This document shows positions 31,063 through 40,174 of a DNA stretch of 64,000 nucleotides, piece after piece. The notes beneath the pieces were generated by a model. That model did not search any database and was not told where the DNA came from. It saw only the letters and a program-made list of their open reading frames with translations. A program made the position numbers and the translations under genes. The stretch's first letter is position 1. Every line of letters starts with the position of its first letter. Source of the DNA: Bacillota bacterium (GTDB lineage: Bacteria > Bacillota > Clostridia > Tissierellales > MES13); NCBI GenBank assembly GCA_009711765.1, contig VEND01000050.1, positions 8,502 to 72,501 on the forward strand. The letters are read 5' to 3'.

Positions 31063-31115
31063 AAATATAATAATAAATATAACTTTTTTATACTACTATA
31101 TTTATTATTATATTT
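31063..31115. repeat. 19-bp perfect inverted repeat with a 15-nt spacer in the MFS/rocB-like divergent intergenic region
   Basis: AAATATAATAATAAATATA (31063-31081) and its exact reverse complement TATATTTATTATTATATTT (31097-31115). Confidence 0.7.
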
Positions 31116-31319
31116 ATAATTATAAAACCCTTTTTATTTTATATTTTTTAACATTCAGTTAAAACTAAGTAATTTATTTAATATTAATTTGGGTTAATTA
31201 GTATATAAAAATAGAAAGTAAAGAATAAAGTCTTTATTAAAATAATAAAATTTGTTTGATATAATAAATTCAAGGGTGAAAATAAAAATATTAGTCATTA
31301 TTAAAAGAGGAGTAATAAA

Positions 31320-32929
31320 ATGGATAAGAAAAAAATTATGAATACTATGTTACAATTAGTAAAAAAACCTGGAATATCTGGAACAGAGAGTGAAAACTTA
31401 ACGGTAGATAAAGTTTATAGTTTGCTAAAACAAATTCCGTATTTTAACAAAAATTCAAATTACGTTAAGAAAGTACATATTAAAAAAGATACATTAAATA
31501 GAAAATTTGTATCAGCATTTTATAAAAGTAAAACTAATACAAAAAAGACAATTATACTTACTGGACATACTGATGTGGTAGGTGTAGAAGAATTTGGAGA
31601 ATTGAAGAAATATGCTTTTGATCCAATAGATTATACAAAAATTATTAAGGAGGAAGTAACTTTAGACGAAGAGTCTTTAATGGATTTAAAAACTGGGGAT
31701 TGGCTTTTTGGCAGAGGTGTAGCAGATATGAAATTTGGATTAGCTTTAGAAATTGAATTACTTAGAAAATTAACAAAATTAGATGACTTAAATGGTAATA
31801 TCTTATTTTTAGCTGTACCATCAGAAGAAAGCAATTCTGAGGGAATGTTAGAAGCTGTATCCTATTTAGTAGAGATGAAAGAAAAATATGGTTTAATATA
31901 TGAAGGAGTATTATTGCCAGAGCCTTTTATGTATAGCGATGATAATGATAATAAATATATTCATTTAGGCTCTTGTGGTAAAATTATGCCCATGGTATTT
32001 TTTGCAGGTAAAGAAACCCATGTTGGAGCTCCATTTAGTGGGTTAAGTTCTAACTTGATGGCTTCTGAATTTAATAGATTATTTGAAATGAATACTGAGT
32101 TTTGTGACTTTGATGAAGAAATTACCCCACCTCCAATGTGTCTAAAACTTAAAGATTTAAAGGAGTTATATTCTGTTCAAACTCCATTATTTACAGTTGC
32201 TTATTATAATATGATTACTTTAAATAATGAATCAAAAATAGATAAAATAAAAGAAATATCAAAAAAAGCCTTTGAAAATTGTTTAGAAATCGTAAATGAA
32301 AGTTACAGTAATTACTCTAAGTATACTCTAGTAAAGGAAAATAAGTTAAAAGCTAAAAGTTGTGTAAAAACTTTTAGTGAATTATATAAAGAGGTAAAAA
32401 AAATAAAGGGAAAAGAAATAGATAATTTATTAATGAAAAAATTCAGGTCTGGAGAAATAGTGGAGAGGATTATCAAACTATTGCAATAAATACAGTAAAG
32501 GAAATATATAATAATTATACTAATAAAAGGCCTATGATAATCATTTCTTTTATTCCACCATATTATCCTAAGAAAGAACTTAATAATAATAAATTAATCA
32601 AAAATTTAGAAAGGACAATAAAATATGGAGAATTGAATTTTAATGTAAGTATAAAAAAGAGTAAGTATTTTATGGGTATTTGTGATTTAAGTTACACAGG
32701 TTCCATAGACGGTGAAAAATTAAATAGTATTTATAATAATATTCCTTTTGGTGAAAAATATTATAATTTCCCGATTGAAGATTTAAAAAAATTAGATATT
32801 CCGGGAATCATATTTGGACCTTATGGAAAGGATTTACATAAAAATACTGAAAGGATAAATATTCCTTATTCCTTTGAAGTACTACCTAAATTATATGAAT
32901 ACTTAATTTATGATATATTTACAGATTAA
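31320..32929 (+). pseudogene. RocB-like M20 family peptidase, split by a frameshift (ORFs 31320-32489 and 32534-32929)
   Basis: M20 motifs are present (LTGHTDVV, GRGVADMKFG). The second frame is open from 32426 and reads on naturally (EKIQVWRNSGEDYQTIAINTVKEIYNNYTNKRPMIIISFIPPYYP). The combined length of ~536 aa fits RocB-type proteins. The overlap window contains an A6 run at 32436-32441. Confidence 0.7.
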
Positions 32930-33157
32930 AAAGTTAAATACATACCTAACTTTTAACTATTAGTTATATTTTTACAACAAATTGAATATTTCTATGACGA
33001 AGAGTTTTTTATTCTTAATGTTGTGATTGTTATAGCTCTTATATTAGCCTATTTTGTATTTAATATAGATATGGAGATAATCTCCACTTATATTGCTTTT
33101 CATTTTTTATGGAAAGAACAAAAGAGAAGAGGTTGACTTACTTAAAATTACTTTTTT

Positions 33158-33193
33158 TGAAAAAGTCCCTCTTCTTTCTAATTTATAGAAGGG
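33158..33193 (-). terminator. Possible terminator of the radical SAM gene
   Basis: On the minus strand, CCCTTCT ... AGAAGAGGG (one bulge) followed by ACTTTTTC. This is a weak call. Confidence 0.4.
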
Positions 33194-33234
33194 TTATAAC
33201 CTTTTACTACCTATGCCTTATGATACTATTTAAG

Positions 33235-34104
33235 CTAAAGTTTTCTAAGATATTCATTTTTATAATCATAGTTTTGTTTTAAAGCTTTGTCTATAGTATC
33301 AAGTAATAAATTTTTATCTTTGCTTAAAGTTCCAGCTAAAGGAACATAGTTAGATGGATGGTTACTTCTAAAAATACAGTTATCTAAAGTTAAATTACTT
33401 ATAAGTAATTTAGTTTCTAATAGTACTTCCTTAGGAGATAACAAATTAAATTCGTTATTTTCAATTTTTTTATAAAGTTCTGTTTCATTATTAATAAGTA
33501 ATGTTAATAATGCTAGATAATCAGGATTAATATCATTAATAAGTTTGGCAGAATCAGTCGCATGTTGTTTCCAATTAGATTTACCACCTAAACCTGAAAT
33601 TAAAGTGACAGAAAGCTTTATACCTGAAGAAACTATTCGTTTTCCAGCTTTTCTTATTTCATTGGAAGAAACACCCTTTTTAATATTTTTTAATACTTCA
33701 TTATTTCCAGATTCTGCACCCAAATAGGCTATTTTAATGCCTAGTTTTTTTAATTCTTTAAGTTCAGTTATGGATTTTAATAATATATCCTTTGGAGCAG
33801 TGTATATTCCAATACGTTCACATTCAGGAAATGTAGTGTTAATTTCTAATAAAATTTCTTTTAATAATTTTGTTTTTAATACTAATGCATTACCATCTGC
33901 TAAAAAAATACGTTTCACATTACTATAGGTTTTTCTAGCAATTTTTATATCATTTTTAATTTCGTCTAATGATTTTATACGGAACTTTTTACCTTTATAC
34001 ATACTACAAAAGCTACATTTATTGTGGGAACAACCTATTGTTATTTGTAGTATTAGGGAATTAGCTTCACTAGGTGGTCTATACAGAGGACTTTCATATT
34101 CCAT
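33235..34104 (-). CDS. Radical SAM domain protein
   Basis: CxxxCxxC cluster motif GCSHNKCSFCSMY near the N-terminus. TIM-barrel-like length of 289 aa. Monocistronic between two terminators. Specific function not assignable. Confidence 0.75.
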   Translation of the reverse strand: MEYESPLYRPPSEANSLILQITIGCSHNKCSFCSMYKGKKFRIKSLDEIKNDIKIARKTYSNVKRIFLADGNALVLKTKLLKEILLEINTTFPECERIGIYTAPKDILLKSITELKELKKLGIKIAYLGAESGNNEVLKNIKKGVSSNEIRKAGKRIVSSGIKLSVTLISGLGGKSNWKQHATDSAKLINDINPDYLALLTLLINNETELYKKIENNEFNLLSPKEVLLETKLLISNLTLDNCIFRSNHPSNYVPLAGTLSKDKNLLLDTIDKALKQNYDYKNEYLRKL

Positions 34105-34165
34105 TTTTATTTCTCCTTTCTTATTATATATACATCTACTATTTTAACATTAAAAATTAGTTTAT

Positions 34166-34213
34166 AAAAATTAAAGGGATAGGATATATAACTTTTTATA
34201 TATCCTATCCCTT
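34166..34213 (-). terminator. Rho-independent terminator of asnA
   Basis: Perfect 17-bp stem (34174-34190 / 34197-34213) with a 6-nt loop, followed on the minus strand by TAATTTTT. Confidence 0.8.
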
Positions 34214-34233
34214 ATTATTTAGCTTTTAATTGA

Positions 34234-35244
34234 TTATAATAATTCTATATTTCCTTTTTTACATTTTTCAATCATATCATCTGACCAGATTGAAGATTGG
34301 ACTTCTCCTATATGAGCCTTTTGTAAAAAGAACATACAAATTCTAGACTGTCCTATTCCACCACCAATTGTTAGGGGTAATTCATCTTCGATTATCATTT
34401 TATGATAATCATATTTTTTACGATCTTCACAATCTTCAAACTCTAGTTGCTTTTGCAATGAATCTGAATCAACTCTTATTCCCATTGATGATAATTCTAA
34501 TCCTATATCTAAAGTAGGGAACCAAAAGATTATATCTCCATTTAATTTCCAATCATCGTAATCCGGGGATCTACCATCATGTTTTATACCTGAATCTAAA
34601 AGACCTCCAATTTGCATTATAAATACTGCACCCTTTTCTTTAGCTATTGCATGTTCTCTTTCTTTAGGTGTTAGGTCTGGATATAACTCTTCAAGTTCCT
34701 GAGTGGTAATAAAGCTTATATCCTTTGGTAAGATACCCTCAATATGTGGATAAATACTTTCAACATATTCTTCAGTTTGCTTAAATACAGAATAAATATT
34801 TTTTACTATTTCTTTTAATTTAGATTCTGATCTATCTTCCTTTGTGATTATTTTTTCCCAATCCCATTGATCAACGTAAATAGAGTGAATGTTATCTAAA
34901 GTTTCTGAGGTACGAATCGCATTCATATCAGCATATAAACCCTCTTTAGGATTGAAACCATATCTATATAGAGCCATACGTTTCCACTTAGCTAAAGAAT
35001 GAACAATTTCTGCTCTAGATTTATCTTCTTCAACTTCAAAAGAAACTGGTTGTTCTACTCCATTTAAGTTATCATTAAGCCCACTTTCTCCTTTAACAAA
35101 TAAAGGGGCTGATACTCTTGTTAGATTTAATCTTTCAGATAAAGTATCCTCAAAATAATCTTTTACTTTCTTAATCGCAACTTCTGTTTCTCTTAAATTT
35201 AATTTTGGTTTGTACTCCTTTGGTATTATTAATTTCTCTGACAT
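34234..35244 (-). CDS. asnA: Aspartate--ammonia ligase (asparagine synthetase A)
   Basis: 336 aa of class II aaRS-like AsnA sequence ([12 protein letters not shown]...VDQWDWEK...[14 protein letters not shown]). Confidence 0.9.
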   Translation of the reverse strand: MSEKLIIPKEYKPKLNLRETEVAIKKVKDYFEDTLSERLNLTRVSAPLFVKGESGLNDNLNGVEQPVSFEVEEDKSRAEIVHSLAKWKRMALYRYGFNPKEGLYADMNAIRTSETLDNIHSIYVDQWDWEKIITKEDRSESKLKEIVKNIYSVFKQTEEYVESIYPHIEGILPKDISFITTQELEELYPDLTPKEREHAIAKEKGAVFIMQIGGLLDSGIKHDGRSPDYDDWKLNGDIIFWFPTLDIGLELSSMGIRVDSDSLQKQLEFEDCEDRKKYDYHKMIIEDELPLTIGGGIGQSRICMFFLQKAHIGEVQSSIWSDDMIEKCKKGNIELL

Positions 35245-35271
35245 ATTATTACCTCCTTTAGTTTTGAATAT

Positions 35272-35561
35272 AAAAAAAAGTCCTTCGCATCCCTTTATAG
35301 GAACGAAAGACTTAACTTACGCGGTACCATCCTAGTTGACTATTATAATAGTCATCTTATACCAATACGGAACTAATAAAGTTCGATATTGTCAAAAGGT
35401 AACGGTTTTGTGCCGTCTAATTCTACTCTCTTAATAGATTTCGGTTAGAAACTCAGAGATGTTCTTCAATATAAGTTCAGTATCGATCTCTCACCAACAT
35501 CGACTCGCTATAACTTACAATTATATCTACTCTTCTCGTCACAGTTATTATTCCTTTATTT
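35272..35561 (-). promoter_or_regulatory. T-box leader (tRNA-Asn, AAC specifier) with terminator
   Basis: On the minus strand: stem I elements (GAGAAGAGTAG, GGTGAGAG). Specifier loop GAAGAACA, with AAC as the complement of 35461-35463. T-box sequence AACTAGGATGGTACCGCG (complement of 35320-35337). Terminator stems at 35279-35293 / 35300-35313 followed by a T8 run. Confidence 0.85.
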
Positions 35562-35567
35562 TTTACT

Positions 35568-35596
35568 ATTATAAACTAATTTAATAATTTAGTCAA
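35568..35596 (-). promoter_or_regulatory. Sigma-A type promoter for the asnA leader
   Basis: On the minus strand: TTGACT (35596-35591), a 17-nt spacer, then TATAAT (35573-35568). Confidence 0.55.
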
Positions 35597-35709
35597 GCAA
35601 AGTTGTGAAAAAAATGTAATAAATAATAAAAAATTATATTGATGTGTAAAGATTAAGATTTAGAGTATAATTATAATAAAATAAAAATATAAATATAAAG
35701 GAGGATTTT

Positions 35710-36201
35710 ATGTTATTAGCTTTTCCACCAATAGTAGGTGAAAATTCAAAAGTATTAATTTTGGGTTCAATGCCAGGGAAGGAGTCACTAAGGAAGAGAC
35801 AGTACTATGCGTTTAAACGTAATCAATTTTGGGATATTATATATAAATTATTTGAAAAAGAAAAAGATAATGATTATGAAAGCAAGAAAATATTTTTATT
35901 AAAACATAATATTGCATTATGGGATGTTTTAATAAATTGTAAAAGAGAAGGGAGTCTTGATAGTAATATAAAGAATGAAGTACCAAACGATTTTGAGTGC
36001 TTTTTAGATAAATATTATAATATTAAATATATTTTTTTTAATGGAACGAAATCCCAGAAGTTATTTAAGAAGCATATAGGTTTTAATAATAAAACTATTA
36101 AAGATTATTACTTATTACCTTCGACTAGTCCTGCATATACTAAGAAATTCGAATATAAATTTGAAAAATGGAAAATCATCAAAAATAAGTTAATAACTTA
36201 A
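35710..36201 (+). CDS. Uracil-DNA glycosylase superfamily protein (DNA-deoxyinosine glycosylase-like)
   Basis: 163 aa with the motif VLILGSMPGKESLRKRQYYAFKRNQFWDI and a C-terminal LPSTSPA. Confidence 0.75.
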   Translation: MLLAFPPIVGENSKVLILGSMPGKESLRKRQYYAFKRNQFWDIIYKLFEKEKDNDYESKKIFLLKHNIALWDVLINCKREGSLDSNIKNEVPNDFECFLDKYYNIKYIFFNGTKSQKLFKKHIGFNNKTIKDYYLLPSTSPAYTKKFEYKFEKWKIIKNKLIT

Positions 36202-36224
36202 ACCATGGATATACCATGGTTTAA
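36198..36224. terminator. 11-bp perfect hairpin spanning both convergent stop codons
   Basis: TTAAACCATGG atata CCATGGTTTAA. It contains the TAA at 36199-36201 (+ gene) and the complement TTA at 36221-36223 (- gene). There is no strong U tract on either side. Confidence 0.6.
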
Positions 36225-37123
36225 TAACCCCTATTTAAATTTACTATATTATTAGGTTTTTCATTATTAGAGTATTTTTTCATATTTTCATAGATGATTT
36301 CAAAACGTCTTTGATTTCTCATTTCTGATACCCAAGAATTATGGGGAGTTATTATAACATTATCCATAGACCAGAGTGGATTATCGTTACTTAATGGCTC
36401 ATTTTCAAAGACATCCAAAGCAGCACCCTTTATTTTACCACTTTTTAAATTCTTTATAAGAGCCGTTTCGTCAACTATATTTCCCCTAGATATATTAATA
36501 AAAAAGACTCTATCTTTCATCATATTAAATATATTTTCATTAACAAAATTATGAGTTTTTTCTGTGTAGGGAAGTGATAATACAATTACATCACTTAAGG
36601 TTAACATTTCTTTTATTTCTTCATTACTAAAACATTTATCAAAATACTTTGTAGATGAACCATTTGTGTTTAGACCTAAAGTTTTAACATTAAAACCACT
36701 AAGGCGTTTGGCTGCTTCCTTTGCGATACTACCTGTTCCTAAAAAACCTATTGTCTTACCGTATAATTCTAATACACTAGTGTCAATTTTCCATCGCTTA
36801 TTTTCTTGTTTTTTATAAAACTGATGACTCTTTTTGTATAATTCCAGGATTTTTAAAACTATCCATTCTCCCATAGGTATACTATATCCACCTCTATTAT
36901 TTGTTAAAATGATATTATTTTTTCTAATATAGTCAATAGGAGCCTGGTCTATACCAATACTAGATAATTGAATCCATTTTAATTTTTTCATCTTTTTAAT
37001 ATCTAAAGTTGTAAATGGATTATAACATAATAAGATTTCTACATCCTTAAGTTCATGATTAAAAGTTAGATTTTTTTCCTTTTTAATTATAATTTCATAT
37101 CCTAATTCTTCAATTTTTTTCAT
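36221..37123 (-). CDS. D-isomer specific 2-hydroxyacid dehydrogenase family protein (NAD-binding)
   Basis: Rossmann motif GFLGTGSIAKEAAKRL and the catalytic region RGNIVDE...ALDVFENEPL...TPH. The true start may be an ATT at 37162 (see findings). Confidence 0.8.
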   Translation of the reverse strand: MKKIEELGYEIIIKKEKNLTFNHELKDVEILLCYNPFTTLDIKKMKKLKWIQLSSIGIDQAPIDYIRKNNIILTNNRGGYSIPMGEWIVLKILELYKKSHQFYKKQENKRWKIDTSVLELYGKTIGFLGTGSIAKEAAKRLSGFNVKTLGLNTNGSSTKYFDKCFSNEEIKEMLTLSDVIVLSLPYTEKTHNFVNENIFNMMKDRVFFINISRGNIVDETALIKNLKSGKIKGAALDVFENEPLSNDNPLWSMDNVIITPHNSWVSEMRNQRRFEIIYENMKKYSNNEKPNNIVNLNRGY

Positions 37124-37269
37124 GTTATCTTTTCCATAATCATATGTAAATAAAGCTTTAATAATAACACCTCCATTAGTTATTATACCTATTTTTACTT
37201 AGATAAAACTTTCTTTGTAATTATTTTATATTATTCTTATAAATATTACAAAAGAAGACAAAATTCTTT

Positions 37270-37299
37270 GAAGGGAAAGAAAACAAATATAGCGAATAA
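37270..37299 (+). promoter_or_regulatory. Sigma-H-like promoter upstream of spoIIAA
   Basis: GAAGGGAAA (37270-37278; one mismatch to RNAGGAWWW), a 12-nt spacer, then AGCGAATAA (37291-37299; fits RNNGAATWW). The consensus is recalled from B. subtilis. Confidence 0.35.
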
Positions 37300-37329
37300 C
37301 ATCAATAAGGTTTAAAGGGAGGGATATTT

Positions 37330-37665
37330 TTGCAAATAAATTATAAAATTATTAAGAAAAACCTTATTATTGATTTTAATGGTGAATTAGACCACCATAC
37401 TGCTTCAGATATTAGAAAGCAGGTAGATGAACTTTACTCTGAAAAAATGTTACATAACATTATACTAGATTTAGATAATTTAAACTTTATGGATAGTTCA
37501 GGGATAGGATTAATAATGGGAAGATACAAAACAGTATCTCAAAATGGAGGAAAGGTTTGTTTAATTAATGCAAACAACAGGATACAAAAAATATTAAAAA
37601 TGTCTGGCATTTTAAAAATTGTCCATGTGTATGACAATTTAAATGAAGCGTTAGATAATATATAG
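37330..37665 (+). CDS. spoIIAA: Anti-sigma-F factor antagonist
   Basis: STAS domain with the phosphorylatable Ser context ([16 protein letters not shown]). TTG start after AAAGGGAGGG. Confidence 0.9.
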   Translation: MQINYKIIKKNLIIDFNGELDHHTASDIRKQVDELYSEKMLHNIILDLDNLNFMDSSGIGLIMGRYKTVSQNGGKVCLINANNRIQKILKMSGILKIVHVYDNLNEALDNI

Positions 37666-37682
37666 GGGGAGTGTTGTATATT

Positions 37683-38114
37683 ATGCAAAACAACATGAAA
37701 TTAGTTATACCTAGCAAATCGCAAAATGAAGCATTCGCAAGAGTTGTAGTAGCTTCTTTTGCATCACAACTAGATCCTACAATAGAAGAGTTAGCAGATG
37801 TAAAAACAGCAGTTTCAGAGGCTGTAACAAATTCTATCATCCACGGCTATGAAAATAAAATAGGCGAAATCAAAATAGAATGTATAATTGAAGGAAATAT
37901 GTTAAAAATAGTAATAAAGGACAACGGAAAAGGTATTGAAGATGTGGACAAAGCCATGGAACCTTTTTATACATCTCAACCTGAATTAGAGAGGTCTGGC
38001 ATGGGTTTTACGGTGATGCAAACTTTTATGGAGAATTTATCTGTAGAATCAAGTGAAACCGGAACAAAGATTGTTATGACAAAAGAGTTTAAAAATACTT
38101 CCACTGAGGAGTAG
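37683..38114 (+). CDS. spoIIAB: Anti-sigma-F factor (serine kinase)
   Basis: GHKL ATPase motifs ([27 protein letters not shown]). The start is set at ATG 37683; the track starts at GTG 37671. Confidence 0.9.
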   Translation: MQNNMKLVIPSKSQNEAFARVVVASFASQLDPTIEELADVKTAVSEAVTNSIIHGYENKIGEIKIECIIEGNMLKIVIKDNGKGIEDVDKAMEPFYTSQPELERSGMGFTVMQTFMENLSVESSETGTKIVMTKEFKNTSTEE

Positions 38115-38119
38115 ATAAT

Positions 38120-38887
38120 ATGAAAGCTAGTGCAAGAAATTACAAAAAAAACGAATTGTTAAGTCATGAAGAAACTATTAAATTAATAAAGGAAGCCCAA
38201 CATGGGGATGAAGAGGCTCAATCTATTTTAGTAAACCATAATTTAGGTTTAGTACGTAGTGTATTAAAAAAATTTATGAATAGGGGTTATGATACAGAAG
38301 ATTTATTTCAGTTAGGTTCCATAGGATTAATAAAAGCAATACAGAAATTTGATACAAAATACAATGTAAGGTTTTCAACATACGCAGTACCAATGATTAT
38401 AGGAGAAATCAAAAGGTTTTTAAGGGATGATGGAATTATAAAAGTTAGTAGGTCATTAAAGCAAACTGCTATTAAAGCGAAAATGGCTAAAGAAAGACTT
38501 TCAAAGAAATTAGGAAGGGAACCAACAATAACTGAAATATCTGAAGAAATAAAAATAGATAAAGAAGATATTATCATGGCATTAGATTCTCATCATAACC
38601 CTGACTATTTACATGATATTATACATCAAGGTGATGGTTCACCTATACAATTAATAGATAGAGTAGGAAGTAACGAAAATGAAGACAGGGAAATAGTAGA
38701 TAGATTAACGTTAAAGGAAGCAATAGGAAAATTAAAACCACGGGAGAGACAAATTATTATAATGAGGTATTTTTATGATAAGACTCAAACTGAAATAGCT
38801 GACAAGTTAGGAATATCCCAAGTACAAGTGTCAAGAATAGAAAAGAAAATATTAAAAAATATGAAAAGTTCACTTTCAAAGGCATAA
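38120..38887 (+). CDS. sigF: Sporulation sigma factor F
   Basis: Sigma-70 regions 2-4 (FSTYAVPMIIGEIKRFLRDDG; TQTEIADKLGISQVQVSRIEKKIL). Third gene of the spoIIA operon. Confidence 0.92.
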   Translation: MKASARNYKKNELLSHEETIKLIKEAQHGDEEAQSILVNHNLGLVRSVLKKFMNRGYDTEDLFQLGSIGLIKAIQKFDTKYNVRFSTYAVPMIIGEIKRFLRDDGIIKVSRSLKQTAIKAKMAKERLSKKLGREPTITEISEEIKIDKEDIIMALDSHHNPDYLHDIIHQGDGSPIQLIDRVGSNENEDREIVDRLTLKEAIGKLKPRERQIIIMRYFYDKTQTEIADKLGISQVQVSRIEKKILKNMKSSLSKA

Positions 38888-38906
38888 TTTATGCCTTTAT
38901 TTTTTT
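38878..38906 (+). terminator. Terminator after sigF
   Basis: AAAGGCAT / ATGCCTTT stem overlapping the TAA stop, followed by a T-rich run. Confidence 0.75.
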
Positions 38907-38964
38907 GCATTAAAAAAATACAATAGCTAATAATAATAATATGAAAAAACTAAGGATGGATAAT

Positions 38965-39129
38965 ATGAATAAAAAGTTATTAAAATATTTAATAATGATA
39001 TCTTTAACTATTATACTTTTAGGATCAATATGGACAATGTATTTGAGTAATAATTCTAATAAAAGCAAACCAAAAAGGGCAAAATTAGTAATAGAAGATA
39101 TTATATTTAATTGGGGTGATTTTATATAA
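38965..39129 (+). CDS. Possible 54-aa single-pass membrane protein
   Basis: AAGGA lies 8 nt before ATG 38965. The sequence is a Lys-rich N-terminus, one TM helix (YLIMISLTIILLGSIW) and a charged tail. The competing 80-aa antisense ORF looks like an AT-rich shadow. No homology recognised. Confidence 0.3.
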   Translation: MNKKLLKYLIMISLTIILLGSIWTMYLSNNSNKSKPKRAKLVIEDIIFNWGDFI

Positions 39130-39170
39130 AAAGAATACAGATATTTATACAACTAGAACCTAAAGTAACA

Positions 39171-39740
39171 ATGGAACCTAATAAAATTATTAAATTAAAA
39201 GATGTAGCTTCATTATTTTGTAATGATGATAATCTTTATAGTGAAATATTAAATATTGAAATAAGTAAAACTTTAACTAATAGAAAAAGTCAAGTAATTA
39301 CTATTATACAAATTATAAAAAAAATAAAAGAAAAGATAGAGCATTCTGACATAGTAATATATGGGCTGTCTGAAGTATTAATCGATATAAGAGTATCTAA
39401 AGAAAGTAGCAATATAGCTTTAGTAATGAAAACTTTTATTGTCTCTATAATACTTTTTTTAGGTGCAGCTATAGCAATAATTAATTTTCATGAGGATGTT
39501 AATATGACAGAATCTTTAAGTTCAATATATGAGATAGTTACAGGGCAAAAAGAAAACAAACCCCTTATTTTATTAATATCTTATTCTATTGGGTTAGGTG
39601 TAGGTATGATTACTTTTTTTAATCAAGTGTTTAAAAAGAAATGGAAAAAAGAACCTAGTCCATTGGAGTTAGAAATGCATAATTACAAAAAAAATTTAGA
39701 TGAATATGTTTTAGATATAACTAAACATAATAATAGGTGA
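39171..39740 (+). CDS. spoVAA: Stage V sporulation protein AA
   Basis: 189 aa, with a soluble N-terminal part then two TM helices. It is the first gene before spoVAB-AC-AD, as in Bacillus. No SD is visible upstream of the ATG. Confidence 0.7.
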   Translation: MEPNKIIKLKDVASLFCNDDNLYSEILNIEISKTLTNRKSQVITIIQIIKKIKEKIEHSDIVIYGLSEVLIDIRVSKESSNIALVMKTFIVSIILFLGAAIAIINFHEDVNMTESLSSIYEIVTGQKENKPLILLISYSIGLGVGMITFFNQVFKKKWKKEPSPLELEMHNYKKNLDEYVLDITKHNNR

Positions 39741-39744
39741 GATT

Positions 39745-40155
39745 ATGATAATTAAATTAATACTCATATTAATAGGTTTATCTGGTGGGATATTAGTAGG
39801 AACAGCACTAGCTTCCTTTATCACTTTATTAGATATAGTACCTAGATTGGCACAAGTATCAGATACAAGTTTCTTAATACCTTTTTATCAATTAGTAATG
39901 ACTTTATCTATAGTAGTCGTTACTTTAAGCCATTTTTTCGAGTATTCCTTACACTTAACAAAGTATATAACTATGCCTATAGGACTAATAATAGGGGTTT
40001 TTGTGGGATTATTAGCAGCTGCATTAGCTGAGGTTTTAAATGTGATACCTATACTTGAAAGAAGGACTAAATTAGGAAAGAAGATATATTATTGTTTATT
40101 AGGAATTTCTTTAGGGAAGGTATTTGGGTCTTTATTTTATTGGCTTAAAATGTAG
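39745..40155 (+). CDS. spoVAB: Stage V sporulation protein AB
   Basis: 136-aa polytopic membrane protein in the operon position between spoVAA and spoVAC. Confidence 0.75.
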   Translation: MIIKLILILIGLSGGILVGTALASFITLLDIVPRLAQVSDTSFLIPFYQLVMTLSIVVVTLSHFFEYSLHLTKYITMPIGLIIGVFVGLLAAALAEVLNVIPILERRTKLGKKIYYCLLGISLGKVFGSLFYWLKM

Positions 40156-40174
40156 AAGTTTAAGGAGGAATTAA

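Noticed and set aside
32993-33136. Open frame encoding a hydrophobic peptide (YDEEFFILNVVIVIALILAYFVFNIDMEIISTYIAFHFLWKEQKRRG) in the rocB-like / radical SAM intergenic region.
   Set aside because: There is no ATG with an SD; the only candidates are an internal GTG at 33023 and an ATG at 33071, neither with a purine-rich upstream element. It is probably a relic of a decayed membrane-protein gene rather than a functional CDS.
38910-39152. 80-aa minus-strand ORF between sigF and spoVAA.
   Set aside because: It has no SD. It runs against the direction of the surrounding operons and into the sigF terminator, and its sequence is Leu/Ile/Phe-rich shadow-like. The + strand 54-aa ORF is slightly more plausible but is itself a low-confidence call.
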